From IMG/VR virus record IMGVR_UViG_2852743531_000003, positions 32,001 to 96,000 of that record: a stretch of DNA of 64,000 nucleotides; one strand, given 5' to 3'. Source of the DNA: a virus. Taxonomy: Duplodnaviria > Caudoviricetes. A program made the position numbers and the translations under genes. Under the pieces are notes generated by a model. It worked only from the letters and a program-made list of their open reading frames with translations. It was not told where the DNA came from and did no database searches. Below, piece by piece: positions 9,935 to 20,261 of the stretch (its first letter is position 1; each line of letters starts with the position of its first letter).

Positions 9935-10477
9935 ATGATCGGCCACACTGCGCTCAGCCACACCGCGATTCGCTCGTTCGACGAAGCGGTCGTCGTCGCG
10001 GGTAGCCGTACCTTCAACGACGACCGCGTTTTCGCCGAACTTCTCGAGTCGTGGCTTGACAGGAACGTGCGCCCCGGCGCATCGGTGATCTTCATCTCGG
10101 GCAAGGCTCCCAGCGGTCCTGACGAGATGATCATCCGCTGGTGCCGTGCCCGTGGTCAGGCGTGGACCGAATATCCTGCGGACTGGGAGAACCTGGGCGC
10201 GCCGAACTCCTACATCAAGAAGAGCGCCGTGACGGGCAGACCCTACAACGCGCGCGCAGGCCATCAGCGAAACCGCGAGATGGCCCGCGTGGCCACACGC
10301 GTCGTCTGTTTCTGGGATGGCGTCTCGCCCGGCACCCGCAACATGATCGAGGAGGCCGAAGACCACCAGATCAAACCCTCCATCTTTCTGATCAACCGCG
10401 ATCCGGAGCAATGGAATGAGCACCGCAATGGACAGCCCACCCGGAAAAAGAAAGGAGACAGAGAAGTTCCTTCTTGA
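9935..10477 (+). CDS. SLOG-superfamily (YspA/DUF2493-like) nucleotide-binding protein
   Basis: VVVAGSRTFND, ISGKAPSGPD, AGHQRNREM and FWDGVSPGTRNMI motifs. Likely start ATG 9935. Confidence 0.75.
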   Translation: MIGHTALSHTAIRSFDEAVVVAGSRTFNDDRVFAELLESWLDRNVRPGASVIFISGKAPSGPDEMIIRWCRARGQAWTEYPADWENLGAPNSYIKKSAVTGRPYNARAGHQRNREMARVATRVVCFWDGVSPGTRNMIEEAEDHQIKPSIFLINRDPEQWNEHRNGQPTRKKKGDREVPS

Positions 10478-11111
10478 GTATATCGGCAAGCTTATTCCCG
10501 GCTCTGACAGCAACGTCAGGATCTACCGGGCGCTCTTTGCCGGCATGGACGATGAGGCATTCCACGCCTTCATGGGCAGGCTCGAGCGCCGTGAAATCCG
10601 GCTTGCCATCGTGGCGCCCAACCTTTCGAAGGAGAAAGTCACCGTCGCCAACAACCTGGCGATCGCCGACGAGCTCGGCCACAATTTTTTCGAACGCATC
10701 TGGATCGACAACGGTAACGATGCCCCGCCCTATCTCTCGCCGGTCCGGTATCTGGTGTGCGATCTCACGCTGTGCCGCCAGGCGCAGCTGCTCGTGAAGA
10801 AGATCTCGATTCCCGAGGATAACCGCAGCGTCGACGATCTCACCGGCCAGCCTTCCGGCAAGTCGGAAGCGAGCAAGATTTCGTTTCCTGAAAACCAGGT
10901 GCTCGCCGCCTTCCATCTGGACAAGACCCTGCACGAGCTGATCACCCTGCGAGGTGGCGACACCCAGGGATTCAACGCCATGAACGAGAGCTTCGCCCGC
11001 ACGGGCGGCGCCTCGCAGAAGGCGATCGAACCGTTCCGCGGTGGCGTGAAGTCGACCCAGGCGCTGCGCGTCATGCTGCTGTCCATGCACCTCGATGCTG
11101 AGGGACTGTAA
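10416..11111 (+). CDS. virion RNA polymerase beta subunit, C-terminal piece (phiKZ gp149-like)
   Basis: QAQLLVKKISIP...DDLTGQPSGKSEASKISFPE...LHELITLRGGD aligns by eye with the RpoB C-terminal region (HLVDDK...TQQPLGG...QRFGEME...QEMLTVKSDD). Confidence 0.8.
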   Translation: MSTAMDSPPGKRKETEKFLLEYIGKLIPGSDSNVRIYRALFAGMDDEAFHAFMGRLERREIRLAIVAPNLSKEKVTVANNLAIADELGHNFFERIWIDNGNDAPPYLSPVRYLVCDLTLCRQAQLLVKKISIPEDNRSVDDLTGQPSGKSEASKISFPENQVLAAFHLDKTLHELITLRGGDTQGFNAMNESFARTGGASQKAIEPFRGGVKSTQALRVMLLSMHLDAEGL

Positions 11112-11148
11112 TGGCGCTCACCAGGGGACAGGAGGAGGGAATTGGGCC

Positions 11149-11685
11149 ATGTCTCTCACAAGCGACGAGTGGCGCGACACAGCGCTGATCTTTACGGAAA
11201 GCGTGGAATTTGTGCTGAACAACATCGCGGCAGGCAACGAGGAGCTGCATGAAAAGCTCACGGATTTCCTGATGTCGCTGATCCTCGCCGACAAGCCCTA
11301 TCTGCTCGCGAGCGCGAAGGGACTCGACCGGGCGGTGAATCTCGCCTTTGTGGATCCGCAGGTGTGCGACTTCATCCTCATGATCGTGTTCGTATTTTTT
11401 TCAAGATGGGGTGCATCGTTCAGCCGGTACATGCACCTTGTCGAATCGCTCGCGTTTGCCGTCGCGGGAGACGCCCCATTTTCCCCACCGGGCTCCCAGA
11501 CCACGCAGCGCCAGGTGCTCGTCGCAACACCCTCCGAAATTCACGAATCGCTGCCCGACCCGGCTCTCACCCAGGACCTGTTGCTGCAGAACAAGTGGCT
11601 CAGCGTGCTGCTGCTCATCCATCTTTTCGTTGGGGCGCCTCGCGCAAAGCGTCAGAAGGCCACCCGCAATGAAGTCCAGCCATGA
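11149..11685 (+). CDS. hypothetical phage protein
   Basis: ATG 11149 preceded by GGAGGAGG. Co-directional with the RNAP subunit. Confidence 0.65.
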   Translation: MSLTSDEWRDTALIFTESVEFVLNNIAAGNEELHEKLTDFLMSLILADKPYLLASAKGLDRAVNLAFVDPQVCDFILMIVFVFFSRWGASFSRYMHLVESLAFAVAGDAPFSPPGSQTTQRQVLVATPSEIHESLPDPALTQDLLLQNKWLSVLLLIHLFVGAPRAKRQKATRNEVQP

Positions 11686-11692
11686 AAACGCG

Positions 11693-12418
11693 ATGAAAGA
11701 TGGAACGAATTTTGCCACTGTCCTGATCTTCCTCGACTGCCTGCTCGATACCCGTCTGGGCACCCTCGCGCGCATGAGCGATACGCTCGCGTGTCGCGCG
11801 CTCTCAGCCAGCTATCACCAGCGCGAAGAAGATGTTTTTGAAGGCGTGGACACTGCGGAATTTCGCCAGATGTACCGGGCACGCGATGTCGAGACGCTCA
11901 AACGTTCGACGATCACCACGCTGACCACCCTGCTGGGTGACTTCTCCCGCACGCTCTCGCGGATCGTGGGCACCCGTCCATGGCTTGATGGGGTGCGCAT
12001 CCTCGTGAACACCTGGCCATACCGGCTCGATGCACCCACGCTCGACGCATTGCAGGGGGTCATTGCACTCTGGAGCGGTGGATCTTCGCCAGTTGAAATG
12101 GTCGACTACGCGCCCGGCCAGCTGACACCGGCGTTCGTGAAAGCGAACTTCGACATTCTCTTCATGTATGAATATGAAGAGTGGCTTCACATGCATGGCG
12201 AGGCCTTCAGCAAGACCTCGCTTGCGGACATCAACGTGATCGTTCCCGCGCTCTATTTCAACCACAGACCCGACGAGAAAACATTTGATGAACTGGTCCG
12301 TGACGGCGCCCATCCGTTTGCCGCCATCACGATGCTGACGTCCGGATTTGTCGGACTGGAACTGATCGACGTGAAGTACTTCAGTATCGCAGAGCCTGCC
12401 GGCATACCGGCGGCATAG
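11693..12418 (+). CDS. conserved jumbo-phage protein (phiKZ gp147-like, HAD-like start)
   Basis: IFLDCLLDTRLGTL...YHQREEDVF...ILVNTWPYRL. Follows directly after the previous ORF. Confidence 0.65.
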   Translation: MKDGTNFATVLIFLDCLLDTRLGTLARMSDTLACRALSASYHQREEDVFEGVDTAEFRQMYRARDVETLKRSTITTLTTLLGDFSRTLSRIVGTRPWLDGVRILVNTWPYRLDAPTLDALQGVIALWSGGSSPVEMVDYAPGQLTPAFVKANFDILFMYEYEEWLHMHGEAFSKTSLADINVIVPALYFNHRPDEKTFDELVRDGAHPFAAITMLTSGFVGLELIDVKYFSIAEPAGIPAA

Positions 12419-12460
12419 TCCGCCTCCGCGGGGTGGCAGGAGGCGGACGCTGGTCATGCC
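12411..12460. terminator. CGGCATAG-led hairpin between convergent genes
   Basis: Stem GTCCGCCTCC/GGAGGCGGAC with outer GGCAT/ATGCC. Confidence 0.5.
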
Positions 12461-12487
12461 TGCAGGGCGCCCTTCGGCTCGTCACAT

Positions 12488-12988
12488 TCACCCAGCAGTG
12501 CCCAAGCCGGCCATGAACGAGTCAACATTCATCTGCGCGGCTTCCATGTCCGTTTCCCCTGGCACGAAGACGGGTTCGGGCACATCACACGGCAGCATCG
12601 GAATCGCAGGGCGCAGTTCGCCTGAGTGCTGATCTGACTGCCCGCCCGGCCTCGGCGCAGCCTGCCCGATTCCGGGTGTACCGAGAATCTTTGCGATGAC
12701 GGCAGCAGCGGCAGCCTGGTTGGCCAGCGCAATGTTTTCCGACTTCAGACGCTTCCTGCCAAGCGCGACACGATCCATACCGTCGAGCGCGGCGAGTACA
12801 ACGTCCATCTCGCGCGGGGAGAGCTTGCTGAGGCTCTCCCCGCTGTTTCCCGCCATGGTCACGATGATTGCCTGACGCTGGCGCAATGTGTAATCGAGGA
12901 CTTTATCCTCATCGTCGGGCACCTCGAATACGGGCACGGCATGTTCTGGCCCGTCATCCTGATCCGCCCGCAAAACAGTACTGGACAT
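12488..12988 (-). CDS. hypothetical phage protein
   Basis: ORF to 13024, probable start MSSTV at 12988 after a GAGG RBS. Helical core, TATG motif upstream. Confidence 0.6.
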   Translation of the reverse strand: MSSTVLRADQDDGPEHAVPVFEVPDDEDKVLDYTLRQRQAIIVTMAGNSGESLSKLSPREMDVVLAALDGMDRVALGRKRLKSENIALANQAAAAAVIAKILGTPGIGQAAPRPGGQSDQHSGELRPAIPMLPCDVPEPVFVPGETDMEAAQMNVDSFMAGLGTAG

Positions 12989-13056
12989 GGCATTCCTCAC
13001 GAATTCAATCCTGGCGACTATCATAGAAATGAACGATTGCGCTAAAACCCGGGCGT

Positions 13057-13611
13057 ATGAGGTACTCCATGCAATCGTGGCGCTTTCGACTCTCCCACTG
13101 GTTTCGCAGCAAACGCACGGATCGGCTGGTCACCAGATTGATCCGCGAAGAACGGGCGATGTCCAGTCACGAGGCAGGCCGCGCGATGCTCGAAGTGCTA
13201 TGCCAGTGCCTGGACATCGAGAGGTTCCAGCGCTTCGGTCTGTCCGATTCGTTCGGCTTCGATATCCGGCCGTTCTACGCAACGATTGGCCAGTACTGCG
13301 ACGAACTGAAGGCCATCAATGCGAGACTCGCGACAGGCACGCCACTGCCGCCGCAATGGGCGATGCTGGATGGCAACGCCACCACCCTTGACCGGTTCTT
13401 CGAATCAAAGGAGGGCTTCTACATCAATGTCCCGGAGCACCTTGCCCGGTTCAAAAACGAAATCCTGATTTTATGCACGCTGATGCGTGAGAGCGATGGA
13501 GCCGAGACCGGCATTCATCAATACAACCTGCGCATGCTCACTCGGGTATTCGTCAATCTCAGACGGCTCGTCATCGTACTGATCGGAATGAGTCACGAAA
13601 TCGGGCGCTGA
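13057..13611 (+). CDS. hypothetical phage protein
   Basis: 184 aa ORF with protein-like composition. Confidence 0.6.
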   Translation: MRYSMQSWRFRLSHWFRSKRTDRLVTRLIREERAMSSHEAGRAMLEVLCQCLDIERFQRFGLSDSFGFDIRPFYATIGQYCDELKAINARLATGTPLPPQWAMLDGNATTLDRFFESKEGFYINVPEHLARFKNEILILCTLMRESDGAETGIHQYNLRMLTRVFVNLRRLVIVLIGMSHEIGR

Positions 13612-13710
13612 ACGAGACCGCAAGCCGGACAATCTGCGCAGGCGCGCCCGTCGCCCATCACAAGCCGCTTCACACGTTTTCTCACAAGTTTTTCTGCAAG
13701 GAATGCGATC

Positions 13711-14517
13711 ATGGCTTCGCAACAGCTCGGTCACATCCTCAAATCCAGCGACAAGGACGTCCACCGCACCGCCGGTCCCAATGGAATTCTGGCCAATCTT
13801 TACCGCAAGATGCTGGTCGAACTCAACGTTGGTCCAGGGCGTTTCAGCGATTTTCTGCGCGAGTACGTGACCGACCCGCGACACGGCATTGCGCAGACCC
13901 AGAAGGATCTCACCACTGCACGTGGCAACCTGATGAAGGAGCTGTCGCGCTCAGGAATGACGTTCAAGGTCTTCCTCAAAGGCATGCGCTTTCTGCAGGT
14001 CAGGAAGTTCGACTTCTGCGTCAGGTGCCACTACTACACCGGCAGCCCATCGATCCATCAAGCCCTGATCGACTTCGGTAGCAGAAGGGATCATCAGGTG
14101 GTTTCGCCCAACGGCATCCTCGCTGATCTCTTTCGCCAGATGCTGGTCGATCTCGACATCGGCCCCGGGCGGTTCAGCGATCTGCTCGACGACTATGTCA
14201 ACGATCCACGAAACGGCGTTCCCCGGACACCGAAAGACTTCACCACTGCGCGTGGCAATCTGACCAAGGAGCTTTCCCGGGACGGGATGACGTTCAAGGT
14301 CTTCCTCAAGGGCCTGCGTTTTCTGCAGGTCATAAAAGTCGAGTTCTCGGTGAGATGCCACTATTACAGTGGCCGCGTCTCGATTCACGGAACCACCGTC
14401 GAATTCGCAAAACGCCCCGAGCTCCTTGATGAATCTGGCGAGCCCGTTCGTAACGAGGAAGAAACGGCGTCACTGCTGTCCAATGCCGTGCCGCAATCCC
14501 TGATTGCGCTTGCCTGA
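13711..14517 (+). CDS. hypothetical phage protein with two tandem ~94-aa domain repeats
   Basis: PNGILA...TTARGNL.KELSR.GMTFKVFLKG.RFLQV...RCHYY occurs twice, 330 bp apart. Confidence 0.75.
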   Translation: MASQQLGHILKSSDKDVHRTAGPNGILANLYRKMLVELNVGPGRFSDFLREYVTDPRHGIAQTQKDLTTARGNLMKELSRSGMTFKVFLKGMRFLQVRKFDFCVRCHYYTGSPSIHQALIDFGSRRDHQVVSPNGILADLFRQMLVDLDIGPGRFSDLLDDYVNDPRNGVPRTPKDFTTARGNLTKELSRDGMTFKVFLKGLRFLQVIKVEFSVRCHYYSGRVSIHGTTVEFAKRPELLDESGEPVRNEEETASLLSNAVPQSLIALA

Positions 14518-14613
14518 GATACGGCGTAAGGCGTCCTGATAGCTACCCGGGGCTGGCGTCACCAGCCAGAAAGGACAGTTCACAAGCGACACAATCCCGT
14601 CAGAGATCGAGTC

Positions 14614-15168
14614 ATGACTACGGCATTCCATGAAACCGCCCTGTCGCCATCCATCACCTTTGCTGGCATGAAACCCGAGGACGATGGCATCACCCATATC
14701 AACATTTCGACAAGCGGACAAACAGCACTCGGAAGAAAGCTTGCCCATTACAGCGTCACCCCGTTCATTCATCCGGTCTATGGACCTTTTCGCTCGATGG
14801 AGGGCTTCTGGTATTACATCAAGTGCGAAAGACCTGATGACGAGTTTCGCAACCTGTGCGGCAGCCGCGCAAAGGCGCACGCGAAAACGAAAAGGATGGT
14901 CTGGAGAGAGCACTTCAGCCAGATCATCAACGAAGCGAACTTTTACCGCATCGTGCAGAACGATGATATTCGCGAGGCCATGATCGCCTCAACGCTGCCG
15001 TTCGGCTATTACTACCTGCATGGGCCACAGCAGCTTCAGATCCACAGCCCGATTTCCGGGTGGCTCTGTGATGGCCTGGAGGAAATCCGCCGCCACCTGA
15101 AGGCGAGCTTTCCCTGGCCGCCGGCGCCCGTCGTGAAGTTCGACGTAACCCAGCATTGGCAGGAGTAA
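14614..15168 (+). CDS. conserved phage protein, possibly NADAR-like
   Basis: THINIS...LGRKLAHYSVTPF...GPFRSMEGFWYYIK loosely resembles the NADAR N-terminal LSNF...F.SVE.YY motif. Confidence 0.5.
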   Translation: MTTAFHETALSPSITFAGMKPEDDGITHINISTSGQTALGRKLAHYSVTPFIHPVYGPFRSMEGFWYYIKCERPDDEFRNLCGSRAKAHAKTKRMVWREHFSQIINEANFYRIVQNDDIREAMIASTLPFGYYYLHGPQQLQIHSPISGWLCDGLEEIRRHLKASFPWPPAPVVKFDVTQHWQE

Positions 15169-15185
15169 CGCAGCAGGAGTCAAAC

Positions 15186-16493
15186 ATGCCATCCGGCGCA
15201 CTGGCCAATCCAGGCTTCCTGACGGGTCCCGGAGACAACCTCGCGGCTGTCGACGTCTACAGCGGTACTGCAGCTGGCATCATCAACTCGATCCAGAGCC
15301 TTGCGGCAAAATACGACGTCAACCTGATCGGCATGCTGCGTGCAGGCGCCGCGGCTGCGCAGTTGCTACCGCTGGTGCAAGGCGTAGCCAACGGTCAGCT
15401 GCTCATGAACCCGCAGAACACGATCGCGCGCATTCTCACGGCGTCGAACACTCTTGTGCAGGCCGCTTCAGGCGGCACGCTCAGTGGCACCGTCAACAGC
15501 GCCTTTACTGCACTCTCCCCTTCGATCCAGAGCAGCATCGGAGCGTCGGCCCAGGTGGTCGGCAGCGTGCAGACGAGCGTGGGCGGCGTCATGAGCAGCA
15601 TCACGAACGGTGCGATCGGCGACATCCAGAGCCTGGGCAAGCTCATCAACAGTTTCTCCGGATCCTCGTCGTTCATGATGATCGACAACCAGGCGCTCGG
15701 CGGTGTCGCCGCAGGGGTCATCAACCAGTGTGCGAGTCTTGGCGTCAGCGGAGTCTTCCAGCCGCTCGTAAGCCAGATCACGAGTCCGACCGTACTGTCG
15801 GCGATCGTCAAACAGACGCTGCCCAGTCTCGTCCGCACGGGCGACCTCGCCAGTCTCCAGAGCCTCGTGGCGGTGGCGGGGGCCGCCGGTATTGCCGCAG
15901 TGAATCCCGGCGTGATCTCGCAGTTCGCGCAGACCTACGTCCGCACGGCATCGGGCAATGTCACCCAGGCTACGCCAGCGCTCGATTCGACGACGTACAC
16001 GCAGATGATGTCCGTCTTCGATACCGCCGCGCCCTCGTGGAACGTCTGCACACGCTCGACCCCTAGTGCGGACGACAATACCATCGACATCTCGTCGATC
16101 ATTGGCGGCACAGACAACTTCAACAGCGTGCTCGCAGCAGGCGTTGCCAGCAGCAGCGATCTCGGGGAACAGTTATACGGCCTCGCCGCGGCATGCCCCG
16201 TCACCAATGTCGATTTGCTGCTCAAGAACACGTACCCGGGCTCCTACATCGATCCGGCACTGCGCAGCACCGGAACGCCGGTCGATCCCTCACAGGCCGG
16301 CATTTCCGCCGGGGTCAACGCGGCGACGAGCACGACAGCCGTCCAGGTGACATCCGGCATCGCAGTCACTCAATCGCTTCCCAACGACCCGGTCTGTAGC
16401 CAGCCCAATGCGGGTACGATCGGTCTCCTCTCATCCAACTCAGCAACCCAGGTCACCATGACCAATACCCAGATCAACTGGCTCACTGGCTGA
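15186..16493 (+). CDS. virion structural protein (phiKZ gp139-like)
   Basis: FLTGPGDNLAAVDVY N-terminus, Ala/Ser/Gly/Thr-rich. AGGAG RBS upstream. Confidence 0.55.
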   Translation: MPSGALANPGFLTGPGDNLAAVDVYSGTAAGIINSIQSLAAKYDVNLIGMLRAGAAAAQLLPLVQGVANGQLLMNPQNTIARILTASNTLVQAASGGTLSGTVNSAFTALSPSIQSSIGASAQVVGSVQTSVGGVMSSITNGAIGDIQSLGKLINSFSGSSSFMMIDNQALGGVAAGVINQCASLGVSGVFQPLVSQITSPTVLSAIVKQTLPSLVRTGDLASLQSLVAVAGAAGIAAVNPGVISQFAQTYVRTASGNVTQATPALDSTTYTQMMSVFDTAAPSWNVCTRSTPSADDNTIDISSIIGGTDNFNSVLAAGVASSSDLGEQLYGLAAACPVTNVDLLLKNTYPGSYIDPALRSTGTPVDPSQAGISAGVNAATSTTAVQVTSGIAVTQSLPNDPVCSQPNAGTIGLLSSNSATQVTMTNTQINWLTG

Positions 16494-16786
16494 AACCGAT
16501 TCACCGGCCTGACAAGCGACAGGTCATGCACGTGCGGCCCTGCCGTCGGAACCAGCCTTCCTACTTGAGGTTGATGCGCCCAGAACCCCGGCGTGCGCTT
16601 GATGCGGCTGCTCTCCGAACCGCAGCAAGCGCATCAGACAGACGCAAGCCGGACTGCGTTGTTGCCGTCATGTGTTCCCTGATCAATTCTGTCTGGAAGC
16701 GACAGATGGTAGCAGAGAGGTACAATATTAGCCTTCACGGAGGCCGCCGGTCGAGCCGTCTAGTTGAGCGAACTGTCACATAAAAC

Positions 16787-18157
16787 ATGCTAATCGATCT
16801 AAAAAAATTCCCGAAGTATAAGAGAACTGACACAAGCGCCAAACTCGATACGTTGCGCCGACTGATCCAAGAAAATGTTTTGGCATCAAAGTATATGGAT
16901 GCCCCGGCCGCGCGCCGGCTTATTGGAACGGCAATCAACTCTTTTAAAGAATTGCTAATTAAGGACCAGCAGGGCGCTAATCCAAATACCGTGCCGGACG
17001 CGAAACTCGTGCTCGCGTTTTTGTTCGACCTGACCTGCAATGCCGAATATTTGCACGACCGGCTAACCAATGATCGATGGATTTACTGCGACGCTCATGT
17101 TGAAGGTGAATCGCGGCAGCATGAGGCGTATTTTTCATTCCTTAAACAATGCCCGGACTGCTGTCTTTCGATGGGTCTTGATGCTAGAATTGAAAAAGCA
17201 CAGCACAAACCGACCAGTCATCACATTGGGGAAATCACCTCTACCATAACGGTACTTCTACTGACGTTGCTTGCGAAGGCCACGGATGAAAATATTCAGC
17301 TCGCACCCATTGCGAAACAATCTCACGATGTGGACGCAGTTGTATTCAACGAAGATCTGTTGGTGCTCCTAGAGGTCAAGTCCTCACCTCTCGTGACTTT
17401 CCCGGTTGCCGCCAAGCTAGACGGATCGCTCACGAAGGAAGGCGAAGATGGACCGATTGAAGAAGCGCGACACGCTTTAGTGAACGTGGATTTTCGTAAG
17501 TATCCTTTGAGTCTATTTATTCCCCATCGTCAATTACATATTCCTCTGCCACACGTCGACGAAAAAGACTGGCCCTACGTTCCCCTCACCGACTGGATAA
17601 GTGTGCCGGAGAATTTTCTCGTGCTGTTTGAAGCATGGAAAGAGATATTCGAGGCTTACAGTGTTCCCAAAACCCAGCGTACCGGCTCACAGATATCACT
17701 TGGCTACATCGCTAATGGTTGGGGTGATGAGATCGACTCCAATAAAACGAAACCCGGTCTTGGGCGTACAGACGACGTTAAGAAAGGAACCTACCAGCTC
17801 ATCAAATACGGTGCCTACTATGCACTGCAAACGCCGGATCTGACAATTAAGTCGGCGCTCGTCGCCAATTTGGATCCCCTCTTTATGCATGCGGCCTACC
17901 TTGAGAAACTCCTCGATATTCGCTGGGGCAAAAATGTCGACTTTCGTGATCTGCCAGAATTCGAGGAGTTTGCTATCAAGCGGGACCGCCTTAAATGGCT
18001 CTATGAGGGGATACTAACTTTCAACAACCCTCATATCAATGACGAGACGCTGCGGAAATTATTTAATTTTGATCGACTAGGCGAGTCGTTGCGTTACGGT
18101 CGTTTAAACACATTAATTGAGGAATGGATGACCATTCCCGTAGGTGGAAAAAATTAA
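16787..18157 (+). CDS. putative type II restriction endonuclease (PD-(D/E)XK)
   Basis: HDVDAVVF...LLEVKSSP nuclease motif and CPDC. Lower GC than flanks. Adjacent to a DNA methyltransferase. Confidence 0.7.
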   Translation: MLIDLKKFPKYKRTDTSAKLDTLRRLIQENVLASKYMDAPAARRLIGTAINSFKELLIKDQQGANPNTVPDAKLVLAFLFDLTCNAEYLHDRLTNDRWIYCDAHVEGESRQHEAYFSFLKQCPDCCLSMGLDARIEKAQHKPTSHHIGEITSTITVLLLTLLAKATDENIQLAPIAKQSHDVDAVVFNEDLLVLLEVKSSPLVTFPVAAKLDGSLTKEGEDGPIEEARHALVNVDFRKYPLSLFIPHRQLHIPLPHVDEKDWPYVPLTDWISVPENFLVLFEAWKEIFEAYSVPKTQRTGSQISLGYIANGWGDEIDSNKTKPGLGRTDDVKKGTYQLIKYGAYYALQTPDLTIKSALVANLDPLFMHAAYLEKLLDIRWGKNVDFRDLPEFEEFAIKRDRLKWLYEGILTFNNPHINDETLRKLFNFDRLGESLRYGRLNTLIEEWMTIPVGGKN

Positions 18158-18159
18158 TT

Positions 18160-19944
18160 ATGCCTGTTCTTAATGCATTAGCAATTCTGCGGAGCAACGT
18201 TGAGCAAGAAACCGATTTTTCACTAGCGCTTGAGGAAGCCAAAGCTCTATGCGGCGACGATTGCAAACCCGTCAAGAATGCGGACGCTCTCAGGCGGTCT
18301 CTGCCTGCTGAGCTTCGTGTGGTTGCAGAGAACGCACTTCTTGCGAACAACTTAAGCGCAGTAGCGGTCCGCATTAACAACGTTACATCTGCAACTCTGG
18401 CCGCCTTCGCTCTACGGACTGCATTTTTTCAAGAAATTGCGTTTTGGAGCAGCACTACGACGCTCCCGCAGTTTCCGCATCTACCAGCGACCGAATTGCC
18501 CGGTGGTCGCGCTATGGTTACCCTGTCCCTGTATTATGTCCTGGAGATCGAAGGGGTCTCCGCGGTGCAAGGCGATCTGCTCCGAGGACGACTTGAGTGC
18601 CTGTATGAGATTTTGCTATCTGAGGTCACGAATCCCGTGCCGAAATCGCATCGAATTGGTGGTGCGAAGCGGACGACACTGACACTCACACACGATCTCC
18701 ACATCTATAAGGCGAAATTTTTCCCCCGAATGATTCGAGCGCTTCTAAATATTTATGCGCCGGAGCATGCCCGCGTGGTAGATCCTTTTTGCGGTAGCGG
18801 CACCGCATTGCTTGAAGCGAGCTTACTTGGGCTCGAGTCATACGGCATAGATTTCGACCCCATCTGCGAGCTCATCTCATCCTCGAAAGTCACGCCGTTT
18901 TTGAGTGCGACTGCGCTGAAGCAGGACCTTCATTTAGCACAAAAAGCGTTCGAAACGATAACGCCAACCGCTGACGATCATTCGGCGTTTCCCGAAGAGC
19001 TAGGAATAAAGCTTAAGAACCGCGATCGGAAATTCGGGACCCGCGAGTTCGAGGAAGTAACCAGCGATGCTGTGCTCTTGAGGGGGCTTTACCGCTCGAT
19101 CAAAAACGTGTTGTCGACGGCAATCGTACCGGTGCTCGCAAGCGATGCCCTTACGAAAAAAGTGCGCTACCGCTATGTGGGTATCGGCAACGGGGCTTAC
19201 ACCGTTGAGGTCCTTCGATTACGAGCAGTCGACCGTTTCCGCGAAAAGGCAATGCGCTGCGTCGAGCTATGTGATGTATTCGCCGAACTCTCAGGGATTT
19301 TGCCGTGGAAGCTGGGCAAGACCAGCGCACGAAGAGGGTCGGCCGGCGACTTCTCCACTTGGGGCTTGAAAAAGGCGGTAGACATAGTCATAACCAGCCC
19401 ACCGTATTTGCCAGCGTCTTCTGGACGTGAACACTATACGTCGTCACGTGCGCTGTCCTTTTTTGCAGTCGACGCCCCAGCGATGGCTTCGAAGGCGCCT
19501 CCCTCTTCAACGGAATGTCCCAGCGAAGAATGGTTCGATGCGCCCGAGATTGCCGCCTTAATCCAGTACCTAGGTGCCGATCAAGGAATTGGGAATCTGC
19601 AGACTGATGCAATGCGCTCGATCTGGAAGCTCAAGCCCACTATCGAGTATCTGCACCTGATCAAAGATTTTTTCTCGGCGGCGAAGACCGCCCTTAAAGG
19701 AGATGGCCTGTTGCTGTTAGTTGTTGCGACGCAGCACGTCTTCTACTCTCACAAAAGAAAAGAGATTGAGCACGTGGTGAATTGCGGCCAACTCTACTCG
19801 GCACTGGCGATTTCATCTGGATTTAGACTGGAGCGCGAAATCAAACTCCAACTTACGAAACACGCAGCAAGTATGGCTCGGCCTCAGGCAAAGGACGAAT
19901 ACTTCGAAAGCGTGCTGGTGTTCAGACAACAGTCGTTACAGTGA
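18160..19944 (+). CDS. amino-DNA methyltransferase (probably N4-cytosine, motif I before motif IV)
   Basis: THDLHIYKAKFFP, VDPFCGSGT (SAM binding) and ITSPPY (catalytic). ATG lies 2 nt after the REase stop. Confidence 0.85.
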   Translation: MPVLNALAILRSNVEQETDFSLALEEAKALCGDDCKPVKNADALRRSLPAELRVVAENALLANNLSAVAVRINNVTSATLAAFALRTAFFQEIAFWSSTTTLPQFPHLPATELPGGRAMVTLSLYYVLEIEGVSAVQGDLLRGRLECLYEILLSEVTNPVPKSHRIGGAKRTTLTLTHDLHIYKAKFFPRMIRALLNIYAPEHARVVDPFCGSGTALLEASLLGLESYGIDFDPICELISSSKVTPFLSATALKQDLHLAQKAFETITPTADDHSAFPEELGIKLKNRDRKFGTREFEEVTSDAVLLRGLYRSIKNVLSTAIVPVLASDALTKKVRYRYVGIGNGAYTVEVLRLRAVDRFREKAMRCVELCDVFAELSGILPWKLGKTSARRGSAGDFSTWGLKKAVDIVITSPPYLPASSGREHYTSSRALSFFAVDAPAMASKAPPSSTECPSEEWFDAPEIAALIQYLGADQGIGNLQTDAMRSIWKLKPTIEYLHLIKDFFSAAKTALKGDGLLLLVVATQHVFYSHKRKEIEHVVNCGQLYSALAISSGFRLEREIKLQLTKHAASMARPQAKDEYFESVLVFRQQSLQ

Positions 19945-20261
19945 GCGAAGAACATGCGATACAGGAGCAGAATCGTGCCCGGGTCGGGTACGTAGCGCCC
20001 CCAGCGACGCTGTGGCTCGCGTCTGCGCTGGGCGCGCCCGCGCTGCTCAGCATTCACCACTACATTTCCTCCTTCGAAGCGCTCTGGTAAGCGAACACGC
20101 CTTTCGAGCCCGGATGGCGGATTTTGTTTTTCCCTGTTCAGAAGCCGGACCTGGTTGGTATTCGGAGAGTTGCGGCCGGACCAATAGGTCCGTCGCAACG
20201 ACTCTGATGCCCTACCATTGGGGGCTATGTGTTTTTCTTTTTTCCGTAGGGAATGCTCTTT

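Noticed and set aside
16721-16726. TACAAT as a sigma70 -10 box for the R-M operon
   Set aside because: No convincing -35 or extended -10, so it is not supportable from sequence alone.
19945-20261. Short ORFs downstream of the methyltransferase
   Set aside because: No recognisable motifs or RBS. Likely insertion-junction debris.
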